64,000 nucleotides of DNA from a virus: positions 41,347 to 105,346 of IMG/VR virus record IMGVR_UViG_3300044675_005263; one strand, given 5' to 3'. The notes beneath the pieces were generated by a model that was not told the DNA's origin, searched no databases, and saw only the letters and a list, made by a program, of their open reading frames with translations. The position numbers and the translations under genes were made by a program. Every line of letters begins with the position of its first letter. Position 1 is the first letter of the stretch. Positions 10,086-17,752 of the stretch are shown here, piece after piece.

Positions 10086-10687
10086 GCCGATACCTCCGCT
10101 TCCTCTTCCTCGTCCTCTTTATAGTTAGGGCAATCCGAGTAGTAAGAACATTCCTCGGGGTCTTCAACGCATGGACATTCCTCGCCCATCTTCTCCCAGC
10201 AAGCGTGGTCAATCTCGCCACCCTCTTCGCTGAACTCCTCGCCGTTCTGGTAAATAACAATCCCCCAGAAGCACATGCCAGTCTCATTGTATTTGTGTTC
10301 AATACAAAGAGTAGGGAAGATTTCGGCAAGCCGAGCAATCGCTATATCTGGTGGAGACCAAGCCGAATCAAAAGAGTAGGAAAGTGAATCAGTAGATTCG
10401 CTGAAATAAACTGAGTCCTCGCCACAAACATCCCACTTAGTTCCCCAAGAGTTGATGTGGTTGTGATACCAGTCCTCGTCTCCTTGAGACCTAAAAGCCT
10501 CTCCAATTCTTGGCTCTGCATCTTTTGTTGGAGTAGTGATGTTGTAAAGAGAAAAGATTGGATTTGCAATCTCTTCAACAGTTCCTTCAATGGTTCGCTT
10601 GATTGGGCGACCAACAAACTCCTTAAGATTTTTTAGAGTCTCTTGGTCCCCGGAAATGTTTATTGTATTTGAGCACCAGTTAGGCAT
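10082..10687 (-). CDS. DUF1281/YubB ferredoxin-like phage protein
   Basis: MPNWCSN start, WYxxxxxxWGTKWD, FDSAWSPP. Confidence 0.85.
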   Translation of the reverse strand: MPNWCSNTINISGDQETLKNLKEFVGRPIKRTIEGTVEEIANPIFSLYNITTPTKDAEPRIGEAFRSQGDEDWYHNHINSWGTKWDVCGEDSVYFSESTDSLSYSFDSAWSPPDIAIARLAEIFPTLCIEHKYNETGMCFWGIVIYQNGEEFSEEGGEIDHACWEKMGEECPCVEDPEECSYYSDCPNYKEDEEEEAEVSA

Positions 10688-10928
10688 TGTTCTCCTCGTG
10701 TTCTATTACAGATTGAGTTATCTCTAACCCAAGAGCCTGAATCTCTTTTCCCAAATCGTCAATCGCTTCATCTATGTTTTGACGAACATCAAAGTAATCC
10801 CATGGATTTTCGTCAGTCTTTGGTGAGCGAATGTATTGCAAATCAACTGCACATGAGACAGCAATGTTGATTACCTTGATTGCGTTCTCATCACCAGCCA
10901 AATACTTTTCTGCTAGTTCTTGATACAT
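10680..10928 (-). CDS. hypothetical protein
   Basis: ORF after leader motif. Confidence 0.7.
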   Translation of the reverse strand: MYQELAEKYLAGDENAIKVINIAVSCAVDLQYIRSPKTDENPWDYFDVRQNIDEAIDDLGKEIQALGLEITQSVIEHEENNA

Positions 10929-10976
10929 GTTTTCCCTTTCGTCATTTGTAGTTTTATTATAGCGATTTACAATCGC

Positions 10977-11195
10977 TTATTCAACTTCCACCACTCGGAA
11001 GTTTTCATCTTCCAAGATAGAAACGCTGAAGTCCAAGTCAATCCCTCTATTGCGCTCCCCAACTTCAGGGAGGTCGTTGATGTTGATTTCATCATCCATT
11101 ACTTGCTTTAGAAGAGCCTTTGCCTCTTCATCATTCTTTGCCTCAAACCAAACTTGGTTCATTGAGATTTCGTTGAATCTAAACGAGTATTGCAT
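10977..11195 (-). CDS. small acidic protein, EAxxxxEA family
   Basis: FEAKNDEEAKALL; leader motif upstream. Confidence 0.7.
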   Translation of the reverse strand: MQYSFRFNEISMNQVWFEAKNDEEAKALLKQVMDDEININDLPEVGERNRGIDLDFSVSILEDENFRVVEVE

Positions 11196-11458
11196 TTTTT
11201 CCCTTTCGTCATTTGTGGTGTTGGGGAACGAGTTTTTGTTCCTAGGACTTCAACCCTATTCAGCATCAGCAAATAGAATCTGCCCCAACAAGCCAAACTT
11301 ATCATACCTTTCTAGATAAGTGCAACAACACGCCAGAAAGTTTTTGACACTAGACATCTTGGTAAATGAAATTGTTTTTTCCCGGCGACCTGGTCCCTCC
11401 ACACTGGCAACAGCGAATTATTATTTCCGGGTCCAGGGCCTGGCCGCCGACGCTGTCG

Positions 11459-11686
11459 CTAAATTATATTTTCCGGGGTGTCATCATTTGCTGCATCAAC
11501 GATTCTTGTGCGTGCAACTGCAACATCATAAAGTTCGTTGTACTTGACCAAGTTGTAGATGTCCTCGCAGAACATCTCGGCGGCAGCAATCTGGAGTTCG
11601 TCATCCGTCATTGTTATTTCCGGGTCTGTCTGAAGCTGGTCGAGATCGAACTCGAGTTCTATTTTCGTAACTAACTTTCTTGTCAT
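11459..11686 (-). CDS. hypothetical acidic protein
   Basis: ORF with GAGGAG RBS. Confidence 0.7.
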   Translation of the reverse strand: MTRKLVTKIELEFDLDQLQTDPEITMTDDELQIAAAEMFCEDIYNLVKYNELYDVAVARTRIVDAANDDTPENII

Positions 11687-11689
11687 CCG

Positions 11690-11866
11690 TTACTCCTCAC
11701 ACTCGCAGAGATGTCCACAGGTATAGCAGACCCACGCCGTTGTCAGGTGGGTGTAGTACCCATATCGTCTCTCGCCGTGAAATCCTTCAGAGTAGGCGTA
11801 CCAACGCCCGTCATCTTCCTGAAAGGTGGCTCCGTCTATCTCTCGAGTCTTTTCTAATGAAATCAT
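11690..11866 (-). CDS. small protein with C-terminal CxxCxxxCxC (not in ORF track)
   Basis: hand translation MISLEK...WVCYTCGHLCECEE; GGAG RBS. Confidence 0.65.
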   Translation of the reverse strand: MISLEKTREIDGATFQEDDGRWYAYSEGFHGERRYGYYTHLTTAWVCYTCGHLCECEE

Positions 11867-11955
11867 TTTTTACTCCGTTTCTATTAAAGATACGGCGCAC
11901 CCTTGCCGTGTCACTGCACGAACTTAAAGGGCACGCCGTAATATCTATTTGTTTT

Positions 11956-12399
11956 TTAAATTGCTTCTTCCAAACTGAAAGGTGCGCTCGCCGTCAAGCC
12001 CGTTGCGTTGCGGTAGAGCCGTGCCCCTTCTTGCCAGTCAGCCCACGAGCCGTCCGAGCCGATGCTCACCAAACTTCCGTATACCTGCTTGAGGTGAATG
12101 AGGCAAGCCGTTACTACAGCGTCGTATGGTTTGTATGCCGTCTTTGTAAACCCGAAGCCCGATGAGTTGATAGACCAGTCAAAGGTCTCGTGTGAGTCTG
12201 GACCGTAGCCGTTGAAGCGGACACTTTCTTTTGTGCATTCCCACTGGCCGAGATGGTCGCCCATTGCATCGGCAAGTTGAATCTTTTCCACGTTGGTGGC
12301 GTATTCAATAATGGTCCGAGCCCCGTTCATAAACATTTCAAATCTCAAAGCATCTTCTGGTGAGGTGCCTGTTTTTGTGTAGTAGTGCGTGTATCCCAC
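11956..12399 (-). CDS. conserved phage protein (GYTHY...HETF...FxKTxxKPYD family)
   Basis: GTG start giving (M)GYTHY after leader motif; HETF, FTKTAYKPYDAVVTACL, SDG. Confidence 0.8.
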   Translation of the reverse strand: MGYTHYYTKTGTSPEDALRFEMFMNGARTIIEYATNVEKIQLADAMGDHLGQWECTKESVRFNGYGPDSHETFDWSINSSGFGFTKTAYKPYDAVVTACLIHLKQVYGSLVSIGSDGSWADWQEGARLYRNATGLTASAPFSLEEAI

Positions 12400-12529
12400 G
12401 GTGTTCCCTTCGTCATTTAGCAGAGTGATTTCTGCTGCAGGATTTATCATAGAGGGTCGTTTCTTTCTGTGTCAAGTATTGATGAGAAGTATTTCTAGAG
12501 TCGACCTATATCCAAAACGGGCAAAACAA

Positions 12530-13580
12530 ATTGTTACTTCCGGGAGGAGGCGGCCATCCTGGATCCGTCTTCTTGAAGTTGTTTGTTCCGGGCTTGATGC
12601 ACTGCAGCTGCGGGCTCTAACGTCACATTATATTTTCCGGGCTCCTGGATCCGAGCTCGGTCCCTCGGTTTTAAAGTTGAGTCGACATGACTCAAGTTTG
12701 CAGTACTTGCATTAATCCATCGATGAGATCTGAAGTGCAGCGCAGCTGTGATCCGCTGTCAAGTTGTTATTTCCGGGTACCGTATGTCCGCTTTGCGAGC
12801 ACTTGCTCGCAAAGTCTAATCACCCTGTCAAGTGCTTGTCAAGCTACACGCACCGTTAAGTTATTTGTTCCAGGCATCGAGCTACAAGCTGCGTCCCATA
12901 ACTCACACCGTTATATATTTGCGAGCGCTATACCCATGCCGCTCTTTGAATCCCAAGCCGTTTGCAAGCTGCAGCTGTAATCCCAAGCCGATGTTTTATT
13001 TTCCGGGCAAAATTCTTCGGGCCCGATCCGTCTTCACGTTTGTATTGTATTTTCCGGGACAGCTGGACCTGTTGGTCCCGTTGGTCCCGTTGGTCCTCGC
13101 CGCTGCGGGTTATATTATATTTTCCGGGCTTGATGCAAGCACGCCGCCTCCGCCTCCACCGCCGCCAGTGTATCTTGCCGCTGTCGTCAAATTATATTTT
13201 CCAGGCTGGAGGAGCTGCATCCCGGCCCTGGCAAATAGATTTGTTTTTTCCAGGTGATCCAGATCCATCCTGGCACGCCGCCGTGCTCAAGTCAAGTTAT
13301 TAGTTCCGGGCATCGGATCTGCAGCTGCTGTTCCCATCTGAGTTGTTAGTTCCCGGACCAATCCGATCAATACGATCAATCCGATCAAAGTTCTCTATAT
13401 AGAGTAATTTCTTATTTAGAATCTGGCCAGGTAACGAAGTTTAATCAAGTTAATCCTATTGATCGGTTTGATCACGCTTAGTTGGATATCCGTCATCTAT
13501 TCGATTCAGGCGTACAAGGTTAGAATTAAGTCTGTCCGTCAACTTCGGATCTGCAGCTAGCTACACCCGGAAGTAACAAC
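12530..13580 (+). repeat. array of degenerate 15-bp repeats RTTRTWNNTTCCNGG
   Basis: direct copies at 12530,12578,12627,12763,12860,12993,13044,13114,13191,13240,13296,13342; inverted copy 13566-13580; non-coding. Confidence 0.9.
12676..12696. promoter_or_regulatory. HAIR (HspR operator)
   Basis: GTTGAGT-CGACATG-ACTCAAG vs consensus CTTGAGT-N7-ACTCAAG, with AAA/TTT flanks. Confidence 0.75.
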
Positions 13581-13660
13581 TTAGATAGATGGCGAGGAAG
13601 GCGAGGAAGGTTTTCAAAAAGCTCACCGTTATATATTCAGGCGTCCCTATCCCACGCCGC

Positions 13661-13678
13661 TAGTTGAAACTTCAACTA
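13661..13678. promoter_or_regulatory. MarR-type (RosR-like) operator palindrome
   Basis: TAGTTGAA-AC-TTCAACTA fits TWGTTGA-N4-TCAACWA. Confidence 0.5.
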
Positions 13679-13739
13679 CTCGTGGGTAAATAACAATCTG
13701 CGATTCCCTTGCCGCTTGCCGCTTTGATACTTGACAACC

Positions 13740-13786
13740 GTTAATATAACTAATACGCTATCCGTTAGCGTATTGGTTATATTAAC
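13740..13786. repeat. 21-bp-arm inverted repeat (hairpin or terminator)
   Basis: GTTAATATAACTAATACGCTA-TCCGT-TAGCGTATTGGTTATATTAAC, one T.G pair. Confidence 0.85.
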
Positions 13787-13967
13787 TACAAGCGCACGCC
13801 GTTTCGGAAGTTAGAGTTGTTAGTTCCGTTAGGAGCTCTGCGGCAGCATTTGCTCTCGCCGTTACTCGGATGTGTTCTTCCCGTGTCTTGGCTAAATCAA
13901 TATCCGCTTTCAAGCTCGCCGCTAGCTCTGCAGCTAGCTGCAACTGTAAGTTGTTATTTCCCGGCAT
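13782..13967 (-). CDS. small helical protein
   Basis: ORF overlapping the end of the TerS-like gene. Confidence 0.5.
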   Translation of the reverse strand: MPGNNNLQLQLAAELAASLKADIDLAKTREEHIRVTARANAAAELLTELTTLTSETACACS

Positions 13968-14892
13968 CTGGATCTGGCCCGTCTTCCTCTTTGGCTGCGG
14001 TTGTTATGTCATAGACATCCGATACCTCGGCGTCAATTATTTTTACCCCGTCGTTGGCTAAGTTGCTTGCCGTATGTGCAGCACCTGCCGCTAGCCGTTG
14101 CAAACGTTCAGCCACGATAACGTGAGCTGGCCGCTCCCCAGAAATATCAACTCCGATATCCAGCTCGGTCCCGCCTCGCACGCCAGCACGGTCAAGTAGT
14201 TCCGTTGCTGCTTTGAGCTGGACTGGTTCGGATACTGCGTTCTCCATCAGTTCCTCGAGCTTATCCACAGCGTAGCTTGCCGATTGCATAATCTTGATTC
14301 GTGCCCGTTCGACATCTGCGCCCGGCCGTCTGATGCCTTTAAGGTGGACACGACACAGACCGTCATCTTTAACACGACCTGAGCCCCACAACATACATCG
14401 GATGCCGTCTGACTTAATCTTGGTACAGCGATGAGGCATAGCCGCTGGCGCTCGCTTTGAGGATTTCGGGCCAGTCTCTTGTTCTGCTTGCCATGTTCGG
14501 GTGGCGCCGATAACCCAAGGTGGGCAAATCTTTATAGCATCGTCATCGAGGAGGAGCTCGAGGCCCGTCAGGAAATCCGAGTTATTATTTCCCGGATCTA
14601 ACAATAACGGTTTCTTCTCGGCCAAGCTCATCAGCCGCCTTTCTTTGATGGCTTCTTGTGAGCGGGCGGCAATCAACCCTGTCGGGGCGCCTGACTGGTC
14701 ATAGACCGAATCCCAGTTGAGCATCGCCTTTCGAAGGGCGGCTCGATTCTCATAAGTATCTTCTACAACTCCCTTTTCAACTTCGAGCATGCCAAGAGCC
14801 GAAAGGTCAGGGCGATAGTCGATGGGGGTATCTACAACTGGTGTTGTATCTTCCGGGCCATCTTCAGGATCGAAGGGGGAGATGTCTGTCAT
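13954..14892 (-). CDS. probable terminase small subunit (actinophage zinc-finger type)
   Basis: RCx6GxRC...CRVH zinc finger followed by AVDKLEELM...SEPVQLKAATELLDRAG helix motif. Confidence 0.6.
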   Translation of the reverse strand: MTDISPFDPEDGPEDTTPVVDTPIDYRPDLSALGMLEVEKGVVEDTYENRAALRKAMLNWDSVYDQSGAPTGLIAARSQEAIKERRLMSLAEKKPLLLDPGNNNSDFLTGLELLLDDDAIKICPPWVIGATRTWQAEQETGPKSSKRAPAAMPHRCTKIKSDGIRCMLWGSGRVKDDGLCRVHLKGIRRPGADVERARIKIMQSASYAVDKLEELMENAVSEPVQLKAATELLDRAGVRGGTELDIGVDISGERPAHVIVAERLQRLAAGAAHTASNLANDGVKIIDAEVSDVYDITTAAKEEDGPDPDAGK

Positions 14893-15075
14893 GGTTGGTT
14901 GCCTGTTAAGTCGAGGATTTGTTTGATGGCAAATTCCTCAGCGGCTTGTGCATCTGCCAAAGCTTTTGCTTGGGCTATCTCTGCTGGTGTTGGTTCTGTT
15001 GGTGTTGACATTTTTACCTCTCTATGATAAGGAAGCCCCTAGAGTTTTTACCCCTAGGGGACAACCTTTTTACCC

Positions 15076-15369
15076 CTACTTCTTTTTTGCTGGGGCTTTC
15101 TTCTTTGCGGCCGCAGCTGTGGAAATCTTCTTTGTTACTTCCGCCGTCGCTGTTTCAGCGATCAGTCCGAAGGCTGGGTCACTCTTCTTTGCGTATCTGA
15201 TTACAACAGGAACTAAGGATGCCCAGAGAGCATTGGCTACAAGAAGCCATTCGCTTGAACCGAAGTTAGTTGGACTGCCTACTCCGCTTGTTTGGCTAAC
15301 AATGGTGATTGCACCAATGATTTGACCAAGCAAGTTTCTTAAGTAGGAGTCGATCATTGCTTTGTTCAT
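15076..15369 (-). CDS. holin-like membrane protein
   Basis: two hydrophobic segments, SYLR...PVVIRY...DPAFG, basic tail. Confidence 0.6.
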   Translation of the reverse strand: MNKAMIDSYLRNLLGQIIGAITIVSQTSGVGSPTNFGSSEWLLVANALWASLVPVVIRYAKKSDPAFGLIAETATAEVTKKISTAAAAKKKAPAKKK

Positions 15370-15602
15370 GTATTACTCCATATCGTCAAACAGGGTGCTT
15401 GACATATGAACAATAGCACGATTAGGGGTAAAAAGATTTTTGCGCCCGTTGAGAGAGATACAAGGTGTTTTACCCTTTCATAAACAACACTTGGTTTGAG
15501 CGTGTTGAACTACGCACGGATTAGGGGTCTAATTACTGTTTCATCATAGAGGTTGTTGTACAGAAAGTTGTGTAAGTTGTTATATAAAAGTGCTTCTGAA
15601 AG

Positions 15603-15675
15603 CGCCCTCGGCAGGAGTCGAACCTGCGGCCAATCGGGTAGAAACCGAGTGCTCTATCCTCTGAGCTACGAAGGC
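15603..15675 (-). tRNA. tRNA-Arg(UCU)
   Basis: GCCTTCG/CGAGGGC acceptor stem, D arm GCTC/GAGC, loop TT-TCT-AC, GGTTCGACTCC T arm; CCA not encoded. Confidence 0.9.
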
Positions 15676-15783
15676 TAGTCTAAATCTTTCTTAGGGTGTT
15701 TGACTTTCCTATTATATTTCTTTTTGTTTTTGGTAGGGGTAGTTGCTGACGACCTACGCAGATCCATAAGTCGTCTAAGTTCC

Positions 15784-16023
15784 TCAGCTGTTTTGCTGAA
15801 CCTGAACTTCATCTTGTCTCCAACCAATATAAGACTTCACATACACGACACCATAAGCAATTGCAGCAATAATAAATCCATACTGCTTTGTTGTTAAAGC
15901 ATAGACAATCCAAAGACATTCATTTAGAAAAAGGATTGGCCAACCCCAGATAGTCTTTCTGCCAACTAAGAATATTCCTGATACTCCTATGAGTGCCAGC
16001 AGATAAGACCAATACTCAGTCAT
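15784..16023 (-). CDS. PnuC-like small membrane protein
   Basis: three hydrophobic helices, GW...LW..YAL...QYGF pattern. Confidence 0.6.
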   Translation of the reverse strand: MTEYWSYLLALIGVSGIFLVGRKTIWGWPILFLNECLWIVYALTTKQYGFIIAAIAYGVVYVKSYIGWRQDEVQVQQNS

Positions 16024-16128
16024 ACTTTGTTCTCCAGTTCTTACCATAGGCAATATAGCAACCAACTCGATTGAACCAATCAGCTGAGTCGTGAATAAAC
16101 CAGAATGGCTTAGCTAATAACTTTCTCA

Positions 16129-16467
16129 TCAAATGTCTTCTACTACTTCATCGAGTTCAAACTCTTGACCTTCAACATAAGGCTTGTCATTGAAACCGTT
16201 TCTATCTGTTGCTAGTTCACCGTTTATTATATCTATAGCATGGCGTAGTCCAAGGGTGTAGAGAGTCTTGTCTTCATCACCATAAAGAGATTCCCAAAGG
16301 TTGATCTTGTCATTGAGTTGTCTTTGAATATCCATCTGGGCATCATCAATCGCCACACCTAGGTGCGTTATGATTTTCATAGTTGCCTCTGTAGATATCT
16401 TACTTCCAGCCATCATAGAGTTAGTTACTTCTATAATTGGATTCGTAATATTGTCTTTAAGACTCAT
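16129..16467 (-). CDS. hypothetical protein
   Basis: ORF coupled to upstream gene. Confidence 0.7.
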   Translation of the reverse strand: MSLKDNITNPIIEVTNSMMAGSKISTEATMKIITHLGVAIDDAQMDIQRQLNDKINLWESLYGDEDKTLYTLGLRHAIDIINGELATDRNGFNDKPYVEGQEFELDEVVEDI

Positions 16468-16976
16468 CAGACTTCCTCTCTACACTTTTGGCATAAAAAT
16501 CTATCGTAGCCTTCCGAGGCTCCATCGAAAACTAACTTTCCAGTTTTGGTTAAGGGTACTGGATAAATCTGATGTTCGTCACCAGTAGCATCGCAACGGG
16601 CGCATGTTCGTTCGATCAACCACTCTGCAGTTGCTTTCTCTGGCATATTACGCAATCCACGAATAAGTGCATGTAAAGCTCCACCACCCTCAGTTCGTCT
16701 AAGGAATGTTCGAGTATCACTTACAAGTAGAACAGGTAGAGGTGCTCTGCAAGCACAACTCATTCCACCGTTAGGTTTACACAAGTAGCCGTCAGTTGGT
16801 CCTGACTTCCAAGGAATATCTTTTGGCTCAGCAGGTTTTTTGTGTTTGTTAATTGCGTGACCACAAATGCAGACTCTCCTATCTAGAGGTCCACCCTTTC
16901 GCTGTCTGTCATCAAACTCATCTACCTCATTAGGGTCAATACCCATCTGGGCTAGAAAATCATTGGGGCTACTCAT
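16467..16976 (-). CDS. Cys-rich zinc-binding protein
   Basis: CICGH...H, CxC, two CxxC. Confidence 0.75.
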   Translation of the reverse strand: MSSPNDFLAQMGIDPNEVDEFDDRQRKGGPLDRRVCICGHAINKHKKPAEPKDIPWKSGPTDGYLCKPNGGMSCACRAPLPVLLVSDTRTFLRRTEGGGALHALIRGLRNMPEKATAEWLIERTCARCDATGDEHQIYPVPLTKTGKLVFDGASEGYDRFLCQKCREEV

Positions 16977-17194
16977 AGATCGTCTCCCTCAGTTCTCAGT
17001 TGGTGGATGATTGAGGAAAACTTTTCTTCAGTCTCCATTTTCTCATGCATGTGCATTAAGAACTCTTCCATCAACTTCATTTTCTTTCGTCGCTCCATAG
17101 CTCTAAATAAAAGCAAAGTTAGGTAGGTTGTCATAGAACAAACCCCACCCATAACAGATCCCAATACAATTAAGTCCATCTGTGTCAATGTCAT
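16973..17194 (-). CDS. small membrane-anchored protein
   Basis: N-terminal TM helix; ATGA overlaps. Confidence 0.65.
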   Translation of the reverse strand: MTLTQMDLIVLGSVMGGVCSMTTYLTLLLFRAMERRKKMKLMEEFLMHMHEKMETEEKFSSIIHQLRTEGDDL

Positions 17195-17364
17195 TCCGAC
17201 TCCTCAACTAGTTCTAGAAAGGTTTTAAAAACTCCAACCAACTCTTTGACATCATCTCTGAGCTTCTTACTTTCAGCCGTTAAATCTTTTATATCCTTTT
17301 GCATTCGCTTAATCTCTAACTCAACTCGAGTCAGTCGCTTTGCAATCTCTTCGTCTTTCGTCAT
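17191..17364 (-). CDS. small coiled-coil protein (not in ORF track)
   Basis: MTKDEEIAKRLTRVELE...; GAGGA RBS; ATGA overlap. Confidence 0.6.
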   Translation of the reverse strand: MTKDEEIAKRLTRVELEIKRMQKDIKDLTAESKKLRDDVKELVGVFKTFLELVEESE

Positions 17365-17399
17365 TACTTCCTCACTTTCATCCTAGAGCCTATAGCACC

Positions 17400-17640
17400 T
17401 GATAGTCCATAGTCAATACTAAAATCAACTAAAACCATCCTTTAACTACTTTACTATACACTATATACTATACAAGGTATACCCTACTATCTTTTGTGGG
17501 ACCCTCATGTGTACGCACATAGCGTAAGACTATTTATAGTACAGTATACATAGGATAGTGTATACTAACCATAGTAATACTATTGAAGACAATTTAGTTT
17601 GACTTATTTTTTTAGAATAGTATCTTTTGAAATACAGACT
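17400..17640. other. AT-rich non-coding region, candidate replication origin
   Basis: ACTAT/ATAGT repeats in inverted arrangement around ATGTG-TACG-CACAT. Confidence 0.4.
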
Positions 17641-17752
17641 TTCCTGCACTTTTAGGGATCCCCTTTTTATCATAGAAAAAACAGCTTTTTAGACCCTACT
17701 CAGGTTTATAGTAAGGTATACTCTTAAACTGTATAGTACATAGTAATATCTG

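Larger units (their letters stand above)
612..12475 (-). promoter_or_regulatory. family of 12 early promoters, -10 TATGAT (often AAGGTATGATAGG)
   Basis: ATCATA on + at 612,1076,1669,1950,2774,3420,4595,5536,7627,9387,11301,12446, each just upstream of a minus-strand gene; the last is TTGACA-N18-TATGAT. Confidence 0.75.

Noticed and set aside
11646-11661. LexA SOS-box-like TCGAAC-TCGA-GTTCTA
   Set aside because: Inside a CDS, one mismatch, no promoter context
12389-13303. + strand ORFs in the track across the array
   Set aside because: No RBS; YFPG-type peptides simply reflect the DNA repeat
13393-13404. Protelomerase target site
   Set aside because: Palindrome is only 12 bp and no protelomerase is present in the window
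12530-13580. CRISPR array
   Set aside because: Repeats are only 15 bp and degenerate, spacing is irregular (46-136 bp), copies occur inside genes, and there is no cas gene in the window
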